DNA from: an uncultured Bacteriovoracaceae bacterium | Lineage (GTDB): Bacteria; Bdellovibrionota; Bacteriovoracia; Bacteriovoracales; Bacteriovoracaceae | Length of the DNA: 25,469 nt | Direction of reading: 5' to 3' | NCBI GenBank assembly: GCA_964012805.1 | Contig: CAXGUD010000049.1 | Span: 1 to 25,469 of the forward strand | Part shown: piece by piece, positions 1-8,200 of the stretch | How positions within the stretch are numbered: position 1 is the stretch's first letter | Layout of the letters: each line of letters begins with the position of its first letter | The notes under the pieces: model-generated | Seen by the model: the letters and a program-made list of their open reading frames with translations, nothing else | The model's database searches: none | Told to the model about the DNA's origin: nothing | Translations under genes and position numbers: made by a program

Positions 1-105
1 TCTTAGCTACCTTTTTCTTAGCTACCTTTTTCTTAGCTACCTTTTTCTTAGCTACTTTTTTCTTAGCTACTTTTTTCTTAGCTACCTTTTTTTTGGCCGC
101 CTTTT
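1..105. repeat. 15-bp coding tandem repeat (TCTTAGCTACYTTTT) encoding KKKVA
   Basis: Six near-identical units at 1-90 plus a degenerate unit at 91-105. Confidence 0.95.
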
Positions 106-115
106 TCTTGGCCAT
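1..115 (-). CDS. 5' end of a Lys/Ala-rich histone H1-like (KKKVA repeat) protein, running off the left edge of the window
   Basis: ATG at 115 preceded by an AAGGGAGG Shine-Dalgarno. Reads MAKKKAAKKKVAKKKVAKKKVAKKKVAKKKVAKKKVAK with no stop before the edge. Not in the ORF track. Confidence 0.8.
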   Translation of the reverse strand, partial: MAKKKAAKKKVAKKKVAKKKVAKKKVAKKKVAKKKVAK

Positions 116-208
116 AAACCCTCCCTTGGTTCAATTTCTAATTTTTTAACTGATTTCTATCTTATTGTAATAAAAATTTTTGGAAAGTCTTTAAAAAAGG
201 CCGCTTTT

Positions 209-889
209 TTAGTGACAGGTATTTCTTTGTTTTATTTTTTGGGGAAGGTCCTCAAGAATAGGCCCCGGTAGATCGATTACAATGGACCTGTCTTTATTTG
301 AAACCCTTAAATAAAATCTAAAGTTATCATCATCATTCACTCTTTCCAGCTCATTTTCAATAAGGTTATCATATTTGTCCTGACCGCCTTCTTTTTGTGG
401 CCCATAAATAGTCATGATTTGTTTGGGTCTCCCTAAAAATTGATGATTATGAAGATCTACCGAAATTTCTCGTTTTTCTTTTACTTTTAACGACATTTTT
501 CTACCGGTGTCTAAAATTTTAAAACCAAGGAAAACTTTATTCCCCCATGAAGGGGGAATTTTTTTAAGCCTTAATTTTGTAAAATAAAGCTCGACACCTC
601 TATCAGAAAGAGAAATGACTGCCGACATAGATAGTTTAAAAGGTTGTTTATCAAAGCATTCATTAGAAACAGTAAAGACCTCACTGAAGGTTTGGCATGG
701 ATGAAAAACCTTTTTAAACCAGTTAAATTTAAGAATACTTTTTGTAGCTGGGCATAAATTAGGAATACTTAAATCCCTTTTGGAAGGGTTGGGGGCCTGG
801 CCAAAAGAATTTGCTGAATAAAAAATAAGAAGAATAGGAATAAAAATGAGCAAGGTTTTTCTAACAAGGTTTTTTGTTTTCGAGTTCAC
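209..889 (-). CDS. Hypothetical exported protein
   Basis: Open frame 209..976. The TTG at 976 overlaps the upstream ORF, so GTG at 889 is a more plausible start (uncertain). It is followed by a basic-then-hydrophobic signal-peptide-like segment (RKTLLIFIPILLIFYSANSFG). Confidence 0.6.
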   Translation of the reverse strand: MNSKTKNLVRKTLLIFIPILLIFYSANSFGQAPNPSKRDLSIPNLCPATKSILKFNWFKKVFHPCQTFSEVFTVSNECFDKQPFKLSMSAVISLSDRGVELYFTKLRLKKIPPSWGNKVFLGFKILDTGRKMSLKVKEKREISVDLHNHQFLGRPKQIMTIYGPQKEGGQDKYDNLIENELERVNDDDNFRFYLRVSNKDRSIVIDLPGPILEDLPQKIKQRNTCH

Positions 890-938
890 TCCTTTATTAT
901 AAAGGAATGCAAAGTGAATTGATAAAGGAACGGTTAAA

Positions 939-1175
939 TTATGAGTTTTGGCAGTGTATTGAAGCTTTTTCAACAAATTGGAGGAGGGGCATGCTGTCTA
1001 TACCCTGAATCATCTTATATTTGCAGAGGTCTTTCCCTGTCGTCACAAATAAGAACTGTTTAGAAGTAAAAACGGCCCCTACATTCATGGCCCAGTCTCT
1101 CAATCCATCAGGGTTTGTGATGTACTCACGGCAATAATTTAGATAAATTTCGAGAGCATTATTCTTGTTTTTCAT
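939..1175 (-). CDS. Small hypothetical protein (78 aa)
   Basis: ATG at 1175 with GGAG 6 nt upstream. Globular-looking sequence with no recognised family. Confidence 0.55.
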   Translation of the reverse strand: MKNKNNALEIYLNYCREYITNPDGLRDWAMNVGAVFTSKQFLFVTTGKDLCKYKMIQGIDSMPLLQFVEKASIHCQNS

Positions 1176-1278
1176 AGTCTTCTCCAGCACATCTAACTAC
1201 ATTTTAAAAAAAAATAAATGAATTTTTACGTGGTTGTGGGGCCAAACACAAGGATAGTTCGGAACATATGGGAATTCG

Positions 1279-1311
1279 GAAAAGGGGAAGGGTTAACTCC
1301 TTCCCCTTTTC
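1279..1311. terminator. Strong hairpin, likely intrinsic terminator after the glycine-rich gene
   Basis: GAAAAGGGGAAGG-gttaact-CCTTCCCCTTTTC, a 13-bp perfect stem about 25 nt downstream of the stop at 1336. Confidence 0.75.
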
Positions 1312-1335
1312 TAATACTGGAAGTGGGGGGACTTA

Positions 1336-2691
1336 TTACTTTTTTATTACTTCCAGGGGTCTTCCTTTTGATTTTTTAAGAGAAAAAGGTCCAACTTTCA
1401 TCATATTAGTTTTAAATGTCCTTTTGATCCTTAAGGTGATTGATGTTTTCTTTTTAAAGGATTTTGGCCTTACTGGAAGCTGGCCGACTCTTAGGTGGAT
1501 AGAATCTCCTACAAATTCAATTAAATTTTCAGGTACTTTTCCTTTAAAGTATTCCCAATAATCATCTTCAAGTCGCCAATTCGTATCAATAAAAAATTCA
1601 GTTTTAACAAACCCACCGAGGCCCTCAAAATCTTTTATTATCAAGGTTGTGTCCTCTCCTCGAAGTTCCATTGAGACAGGTAATATTTTGGAAAGGTCTT
1701 TGAGAGAGACCATATTTGAAATGACAACTTCTTTTTGGTCTTCATCAATTCTTTTTTCATAAGAATCGACCCAAAAATTTTGGGGAAATTGGTAAGATGT
1801 ATTGTTATTAAGAGAAACTTTTATTAAATGATCCTTTAAAACCTCTTCAGGTGTTCTTTGGGCCTCCCACCTAAAAGTAATGAGTTTTTCAACCCTTTTA
1901 ACAAATGAAAGATAATCATTTGAAACAATAGAATTGGGGTGAATAAGGTTTAAAAGTCCCCTTCTTCGTTCCCAAATATTTTGTGATAGCCTAAGGCTTC
2001 GGTCGAAACTTGATGCTCCTACCATGAGTGACCTTCTGACTGGCTTGAGAGGAGTTTCGCTTTTTATAAGTTTAGCAACACCCAAAGATCCATTTTGGCC
2101 ATTTTGTCCTGGTCTTCCCATTTTGCCTCTCTCACCTGCAAAACATTGAAAGTCTCTATAAAAAACTTTTCCATTTCGATCTTTATAGCGGACTCTCCAG
2201 GCCCTGTAGGTGCAAAAACAGGGTCTTCCTCCTTCAGCTCCTCTTCCTCCAAAAGAGCCTCGTCCTCCTTCTGCATCGATATTTATATTGGCAAGCTGAT
2301 CGATGTTTGTATAATAAACGGTTGTATTGCCTCCGTTACCACCATTTCCTCCTTTACCTCCATATCCGCCGGTTCCACCACTGGCGCCCACCATATTCCA
2401 TTCACCTCTTCTTTGCCAGCAATTGAAACCATCATTACCTCTACCACCATCTCTGCCTGGAGATCCATCTCCTCCTCTCAGTCTTAAATAGATTTTTTCT
2501 CCAGTTGCTTCCACGACAACATTTCTACCATTTTGTCCCTTTACTCCTTGTTGCCCATTAAAACCTGTTTTTCCAGTACTCCCAAACTTAACCCATTGAG
2601 AGTAAGAGTTTTGGACAAAGCTTAATGATAGTAAGAGGGTCAAAGAAAAAAGAAATATTTTTTTTCCATTTTGAGACATAGATGCACCCAT
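1336..2691 (-). CDS. Secreted glycine-rich (collagen-like G-X-Y) protein
   Basis: AAAGGAGG RBS 5 nt before the ATG at 2691. Signal peptide (KKIFLFSLTLLLSLSFVQNSYS), five G-X-Y/GGX blocks interrupted by beta-like segments, and a non-repetitive C-terminal half. Confidence 0.8.
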   Translation of the reverse strand: MGASMSQNGKKIFLFSLTLLLSLSFVQNSYSQWVKFGSTGKTGFNGQQGVKGQNGRNVVVEATGEKIYLRLRGGDGSPGRDGGRGNDGFNCWQRRGEWNMVGASGGTGGYGGKGGNGGNGGNTTVYYTNIDQLANINIDAEGGRGSFGGRGAEGGRPCFCTYRAWRVRYKDRNGKVFYRDFQCFAGERGKMGRPGQNGQNGSLGVAKLIKSETPLKPVRRSLMVGASSFDRSLRLSQNIWERRRGLLNLIHPNSIVSNDYLSFVKRVEKLITFRWEAQRTPEEVLKDHLIKVSLNNNTSYQFPQNFWVDSYEKRIDEDQKEVVISNMVSLKDLSKILPVSMELRGEDTTLIIKDFEGLGGFVKTEFFIDTNWRLEDDYWEYFKGKVPENLIEFVGDSIHLRVGQLPVRPKSFKKKTSITLRIKRTFKTNMMKVGPFSLKKSKGRPLEVIKK

Positions 2692-2800
2692 GATGTCCTC
2701 CTTTCTAACATTGAAGAGATCGCTCATTAAAATAGATCGTTAAACTCACACTTTAACAAATTTTCCGAAAATTAAACTGAAAGTGAAAGTCGGAGAAGTT

Positions 2801-2821
2801 AAAGCCCCTTTAAATGGGGCC
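2801..2821 (-). terminator. Putative intrinsic terminator of the peptidase/ATP-grasp operon
   Basis: Minus strand GCCCC-atttaaa-GGGGC followed by TTT, about 40 nt after the stop at 2860. Confidence 0.55.
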
Positions 2822-2859
2822 TATTATTTTGAAAGTCAGGTTTTTTAAGGAAAAGAAAC

Positions 2860-3906
2860 TTAAGCAGCGCCCAAGTGACACTGAGGTTGAAAGTGAAGAC
2901 CTAAGTACAAGATCTTTTCAATAAGATTTGGATAATCAATTCCTCCCCATTTCGCCGCCTTTGCAAATTCACAATCAGCTGTAATACCAGGGTTTGGATT
3001 TATTTCTATAATATAGGGAGTACCGTCTTCTCCCAATCTAATGTCCAATCGGGCGTATCCATTTAACTTAAGCTCTTTAAAACTTTTAAGAGCGATTTTT
3101 TGAATATACTTTTCTTCCAAATGCTGTAGTTTAGCTTTTTTACTTTTGATCCCTTTTTTCTTTTGATATTTTGGATTCCATTTAGCATTTGGCGTATAAA
3201 TCTCATTAAGTGGTTCGTTGGATTTATTGAAAGTCACTTCGCATACAGGTAATACCTCTGGTCGGTCGTTTCCTAAAACTCCTACGCTCAGCTCTCTGCC
3301 AATGATAAATTCTTCAACTATGGCGTCGGTTTGAAGTTTTTTATGGATATAATCTAGTCTTTCAGAAAGCTGTTTATTATTTTTAACAATAGAGGATTGA
3401 GAAAGTCCATAACTGGATTCTTCTGAAAGGCATTTAACAATAAGGGGGAATTTAAGCTCGTTTAAGTCTTTTTTGTGAGGGGTTTTTCCTCTAAGGCATA
3501 TAAAAAATTTGGGGGTTGGCAATTGGTGGTAATGTAAAATTTTTTTTGCAAGTCCTTTATCTCTTGCCAATGTTAAACCTCGTGGGTTGCAACCTGTGTA
3601 GGGAATACCTTTTAATTCAAGAAAGCTAGCTAGGTGAGGTTCATAAAGACGATCTCCTCTAAAGGTTTCCACCATGTTAAAAATGAGATTAGGGTTTATT
3701 TCATGGATGGCCTCATCAAGTTTGTTTAAATCATCACTAAGCCCAAAAGGAAAGGCCCTATGGCCTAAATCTTTTAATGCCTTTAAAACATCGTATTCTG
3801 TGATCCAGGGGGTTTTGTCTCTATTAAGGCGCCCCCGTGTAGAGTTTCTTTTTTTGGGGACAAGGAAATCATGCATGAGAACGAGGATATTAAACCTTTT
3901 TTTCAC
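2860..3906 (-). CDS. D-Ala-D-Ala ligase-like ATP-grasp enzyme (non-canonical)
   Basis: ATP-grasp motifs: GIPYTG, DKGLAK, FPLIVK..EESSYG, VEEFIIGRELSV, YARLDIRL, IEINPNPG. The likely start is GTG at 3906, overlapping the upstream TGA (GTGA). Lacks the Ddl N-terminal GGxSxE motif. Confidence 0.85.
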   Translation of the reverse strand: MKKRFNILVLMHDFLVPKKRNSTRGRLNRDKTPWITEYDVLKALKDLGHRAFPFGLSDDLNKLDEAIHEINPNLIFNMVETFRGDRLYEPHLASFLELKGIPYTGCNPRGLTLARDKGLAKKILHYHQLPTPKFFICLRGKTPHKKDLNELKFPLIVKCLSEESSYGLSQSSIVKNNKQLSERLDYIHKKLQTDAIVEEFIIGRELSVGVLGNDRPEVLPVCEVTFNKSNEPLNEIYTPNAKWNPKYQKKKGIKSKKAKLQHLEEKYIQKIALKSFKELKLNGYARLDIRLGEDGTPYIIEINPNPGITADCEFAKAAKWGGIDYPNLIEKILYLGLHFQPQCHLGAA

Positions 3907-4928
3907 ATAATAATCCTGTGATGCCCTCCTTGGATGATTGTATTTACCTGGGTAGCTAGTACTTTGGCCAAGTAATGAGGCCTTTTTGTAGCTGTAGGAT
4001 GAATGGTCCATTTTAGCCTATCACAATCAGTTATGAACAAGTCCAAAGCCTGATTGACCCGGTATAAATATTGGTCGGTTTCTTGTTTGATAACTTGACT
4101 GATAAACTTCTTATTTTCTTTAATCACAGCTGATGCTAAAGGATTTTTATTTGTTGGTTTCTTTTTTAAAAAGAGCGGCTTTTCAGTTTTAGGTAAAGTG
4201 ATGCTTCTTTTTGGAAAAAGACGGTCCCTCTTCTGCTCAAGGTATTCCCTCAAAGTAAGGGAGATGTCCTCCAAGTTGTGGGGCATTTCTTCGTTTTCTA
4301 AAAGTGGTTTTTGATTTTTAACTTTTTTCTTTAAATTATCATTTATGAACTTAAGTTTCTTAAGTGCGGGCCATCCCTTATATTCTTTTTTCCAATTCGA
4401 GTTTGGCGTCAGCCATACGGCAAATGTCTCGGCCCAGTCTTCGTCTGGGTGACTTTGGGCATAGCCATCTTCAATGTGACGAACGTAAGACTTAGAGTAG
4501 CGCCTATATTCATAAGCTTCAGGGTAGGGCCTATTACTATCACCAAATAAATCAGTTCTTTGAGTAGAGTTTCGAAGATTGTAAGCATTATCTAAAACAT
4601 GTGCCATCTCATGTCTTGCAAGCTTCATAAACCAATCATCAGTTCCGCCTTCCATTTCTCCAACATAAAGCTCTTCTAACTTTTTTAACCGGGGGTGAAG
4701 AAGAGTAAAGGGGATGGCAAAGGTGGTTGTTCCATCAGCACAAAACCAATCATCGGAAAGGTAAACCTTTGGTTTGAGCCGAATCCCTTTTAACTCAAGC
4801 TCCTTTGAGAGCTTGTTAATGAGAACCATTAGAGGGTGATTTTCTAAAGAAAGGCCAAGCTTCGAAACAGGTGTTTCCAAAAGTAGTTGATCGCTAAGAT
4901 GGGCCCATGATTCTTTTTGTTTTGCCAT
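3903..4928 (-). CDS. Putative zinc-binding metallopeptidase (Peptidase_Mx-like)
   Basis: HEMAH (HExxH) at 4599-4613 plus YAQSHPDEDWAETFA, matching the recalled YA.xHP.EDWAET signature of this zincin family. Confidence 0.85.
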   Translation of the reverse strand: MAKQKESWAHLSDQLLLETPVSKLGLSLENHPLMVLINKLSKELELKGIRLKPKVYLSDDWFCADGTTTFAIPFTLLHPRLKKLEELYVGEMEGGTDDWFMKLARHEMAHVLDNAYNLRNSTQRTDLFGDSNRPYPEAYEYRRYSKSYVRHIEDGYAQSHPDEDWAETFAVWLTPNSNWKKEYKGWPALKKLKFINDNLKKKVKNQKPLLENEEMPHNLEDISLTLREYLEQKRDRLFPKRSITLPKTEKPLFLKKKPTNKNPLASAVIKENKKFISQVIKQETDQYLYRVNQALDLFITDCDRLKWTIHPTATKRPHYLAKVLATQVNTIIQGGHHRIIM

Positions 4929-5031
4929 GCGTTGTTTGTAGTGGATTGAGGGGCCAGTTTCAACTAACGGTGTAATATTTTCAAGGAAATAAGGCCAGTT
5001 AGATTCTATTTATATTAGTAAAAACAAGTAG

Positions 5032-7740
5032 TTAGATGATTATAGGAATTTTAAAAATAAAGGTTGTTCCCTCGTCTAATTTGGAGAGGACCTCAACTTT
5101 TCCACCTATGTTTTTGGTCTCGTCATATAATGCATCAAGGCCAATTCCCCGTCCTGAGAGGCCCGTGGTTTCTTCTTTTGTTGAAAGGCCTTGGATAAAG
5201 ATAAGTTGAAGGGCCTCTTTGTCACTCAGTTTTTGGAGTTCTTCATGACTCCTTCTTCCCATTTTGTAAACACTATCCCTGACAACAGCTGGGTGAATAC
5301 CAACACCATCGTCTTTAAAAAGCATTTCAATGATACCATCTTCTTTTTCTGAGAAGCTTATGGTGATAAGGCCTGTTTCTGATTTATTTTTTTGCTTTCT
5401 TGTCTTGGGGTCTTCTAGTCCGTGATCAACGGCATTTCTAAAAAGGTGAATGCAACTTGAGAAGAAACCAGTATATTTGGAAAGGTCGACCCTAATATTG
5501 CATTCTTCAAGAATAATATTGACCTTTTTATCATGTTGTTCAGCGAGTTCTCTGGTTGATTGAATATAAGCTCTAAGACCTGAAGAAAAGGTTTTGAGGA
5601 TAAACCTTTCATTAAAGTTTCTTAAAAAGTCGTTAAGGCCTTCATAAATATACTTTTTAACCTCATGGGACCTCATTTGTTGGGAGTCAGTAAATGATTT
5701 TGCTGTTAAGTTGGCCGCTTTTACCAGTTGCTGGTTTTCTTTTAAAAATACACCTAATATTTTTTCAAGTTCTGAAACCTTTTTTAGAATAACCTCTCTG
5801 TCAGGTTTCTCATTTTTTAAAAGATATTCCTCGAAGGTATGAATAAAGTTGCTTACTGAAATAATTTTGAAGTTTGAAAAGCGGGCCTTTAGAGTATGAA
5901 CCAATCTAAATAACGTTTCTTCTAAGGGAATTTTTCTTTGATATAGTAAAGCGTCTAAAAATTCTCTTGTATCATCAATGAGGTCTAGAAAGTGTAGGGG
6001 TCTATCGAGGACTAAAAGCATCATTTTAGATTGGTTTTTTTCTAAATCGGCTTTAAGTTCAAGGTCTCTGACTTTGCTCACGTCAGAAGCTATACAAATA
6101 AGTTTATCGACTTTGTTTTTATTGGAATAGATCGGGCGGTATTCGAGCTTTATGTATTGATTTTCCCTTTTGGTGTAAAAGGAGGGTCCTAAGCCCACGA
6201 TGTCTTTGAAAAGCATTTTTCCTTGCCAAATATGAAAGCACCACTTATCGAAATGGTCTTTTTCATTTTGATTGAGGCCTAATATAGTGCTAAAAAGCTT
6301 TTTTTCAGTTTGCATATTAAAAAATGTTTGGGTTACTTTGGAGGCACCCTCTTGAACAACTCCATTTTTGTCTATTACCATAAAGCCTTCCTCGAGGTTT
6401 TCAAGAAGGTTTGTAAGGTCTTGATTTTGTCTTGATATTTTTCCAGTTTGAGATTGAACCTCTTCCCATAAAGTTCTCTTAAGTTTCTGGGAAGTATTGT
6501 AGGCTTCTGAAAATTTTAGAGATAAAAGGTAACTTTGGATTAAAATAAAAAAACATAAAATATAGGAAAAAATATAGGGCGGCTCTAGAATCTTTTCGTT
6601 AACCAGTACATCGTGACCAAACCCAAAAACAATAACGAGTAAACCAGCAAGGAAAACTCTGGAGTAACCTATATTTAAGTAAGCTGCTTTTATACACTTG
6701 GCAGTTACATAAAATAAGTAAAGAGTGGTCAGAGCTTCATAAGTTTTGATAATAAATGGAAGGGAATAAAAGCTTGCTTGTGCAAAAATTCCAATCAATG
6801 AGAAAACTCCCCCGACAATGAGGCCAATCCTAAGGCCTAATGTACCCAGAAAATTGGGGAGGATTGATTTTGAAAAGCCATAGAAAAAGGCAGGTGCCAA
6901 AAAAACAGAAATAAATTCAATTTTTCTTTCCAGTTCAAAAATTAAAAGACTTGGTTCTCTAAAGAAAATGGTAAGGGAATAATTAACTCCAAGGAGTCTA
7001 AAGAAGAGGAATAGTGAGAAGAGGCCAAAGTAGAGGCTACCAGTGTCTTCTTTTCTTTGAAAATAAAGTCCAAAATGGTAAAAGGCCATAATCAGAAGGA
7101 CGCCAAAGACGAAGAAGTCTCTTAAGTAGCGGACCTTATCTTTTTTTAAAACACCTTCGTATGAGTTGAGACCGAGAGAGTAAAAGAGACCACCACTTTT
7201 GTAGTGGAAACTAGAGATTTGAATAACGAGGTAACCCCTTTCAGAGCTAGGATTAAATTTGGCCGGGAAGGATTCAAATCTTGGTATTGTAGTACTTTTT
7301 GTTTCTCCAATAACGCCAGCACTGGCCAATAGTGTGCTTTGGTTTTGGTCCACAAAATAAATTTTGAAGCTTGTTGTGAGGCCATCTAGGTAAAGTCCAA
7401 TAGGCTTTTTATTTGCCTTGAGGCCTTTCAATTCAAGAACGTATGTTCCAAAGCCCGAGGGAGATAGGTTTGAAAAATCTGACCAAAGTCCAGGAACAGG
7501 GACTTTTAACATTTTTTTGTTATTTTCTAATAAATCAAATTGAGGTGGAATAAACTTTTTCCAATAGAAATTCCACCTCCCGTCAAGCTTGATTTCCCCA
7601 TGAAGTGAGGGGTCCCATCCACTTAAATCAATAGATGCATTTTCATTAACAAGAAACTTTTGCTCTTTGGCCAAGGCGTCTTTTGGCTTACCAGAGGTAA
7701 GGATTAGAATTAAAAAAACAAAAAGAAGAGCCTTAAACAT
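5032..7740 (-). CDS. Membrane sensor histidine kinase: 7TM-DISM extracellular and 7TM region, PAS-like domain, HPt, CheA-type HATPase
   Basis: Signal peptide, LDGRWNFYW..VPVPGLW DISM-type ectodomain, about 7 TM helices (FYHFGLYF..LYFGLF), HPt LFRLVHTLKA, CheA-like HLFRNAVDHGLE, DDGVGI, GLST..SGRGIGLD. No CheW domain. Confidence 0.88.
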   Translation of the reverse strand: MFKALLFVFLILILTSGKPKDALAKEQKFLVNENASIDLSGWDPSLHGEIKLDGRWNFYWKKFIPPQFDLLENNKKMLKVPVPGLWSDFSNLSPSGFGTYVLELKGLKANKKPIGLYLDGLTTSFKIYFVDQNQSTLLASAGVIGETKSTTIPRFESFPAKFNPSSERGYLVIQISSFHYKSGGLFYSLGLNSYEGVLKKDKVRYLRDFFVFGVLLIMAFYHFGLYFQRKEDTGSLYFGLFSLFLFFRLLGVNYSLTIFFREPSLLIFELERKIEFISVFLAPAFFYGFSKSILPNFLGTLGLRIGLIVGGVFSLIGIFAQASFYSLPFIIKTYEALTTLYLFYVTAKCIKAAYLNIGYSRVFLAGLLVIVFGFGHDVLVNEKILEPPYIFSYILCFFILIQSYLLSLKFSEAYNTSQKLKRTLWEEVQSQTGKISRQNQDLTNLLENLEEGFMVIDKNGVVQEGASKVTQTFFNMQTEKKLFSTILGLNQNEKDHFDKWCFHIWQGKMLFKDIVGLGPSFYTKRENQYIKLEYRPIYSNKNKVDKLICIASDVSKVRDLELKADLEKNQSKMMLLVLDRPLHFLDLIDDTREFLDALLYQRKIPLEETLFRLVHTLKARFSNFKIISVSNFIHTFEEYLLKNEKPDREVILKKVSELEKILGVFLKENQQLVKAANLTAKSFTDSQQMRSHEVKKYIYEGLNDFLRNFNERFILKTFSSGLRAYIQSTRELAEQHDKKVNIILEECNIRVDLSKYTGFFSSCIHLFRNAVDHGLEDPKTRKQKNKSETGLITISFSEKEDGIIEMLFKDDGVGIHPAVVRDSVYKMGRRSHEELQKLSDKEALQLIFIQGLSTKEETTGLSGRGIGLDALYDETKNIGGKVEVLSKLDEGTTFIFKIPIII

Positions 7741-8200
7741 TGTTTGTCACCACTTTAATTACCTCATCGGAGAAAAAGGCGTTTTCAATACAAGTTTTTA
7801 AGCAATTAAAGCTACTTAAACTCTTTTTTTAGATCGTTAAGGGGAGCTTATTTTGTAAAAAAACCGTACCTTTTTAGTAACTAATCCAAAAGGTCAAATA
7901 ACTGTGCCAAGTATCTAAATTTACAATCAACGTCTAAGGATGGTTAATTCTTAGTTCCCACCTTTTTTTTATGTTAGAAGGAAATAAATGAATCAAGAGA
8001 AATACCCAAGAGAAATAATTACCTTAAATTTGCTTCAGTTTGGTTAAAGTGCTCAAGGGTTTTAAAATAAAATATGAGAAGTTCTTTTCAAAAGAGTTGG
8101 TTGATTTGATGTTTTCATCTTTTGATTTGGGCGAATTTACAACTGGCCCATAGGGCTTAAAATATAAGTGTGGGTACTTGAGATAAGGAATTTTAAATTT

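Noticed and set aside
1..105. Tandem repeat as a CRISPR array or non-coding VNTR
   Set aside because: There are no spacers, and the 15-bp unit is in frame with an ATG and RBS.
1268..2487. Alternative ORFs 1268..1561, 2064..2276, 2095..2487 and 2283..2468
   Set aside because: These are shadow frames of the glycine-rich gene; the first also runs through a terminator hairpin.
2860..3906. Calling the ATP-grasp gene ddl
   Set aside because: The Ddl-specific motifs are missing and the context is not a cell-wall cluster.
7988..8153. 19-aa ORF with AAGGA (7988-8047) plus an offset open frame to 8153, as a frameshifted gene
   Set aside because: Too short, no recognisable homology, and compatible with chance in AT-rich DNA.
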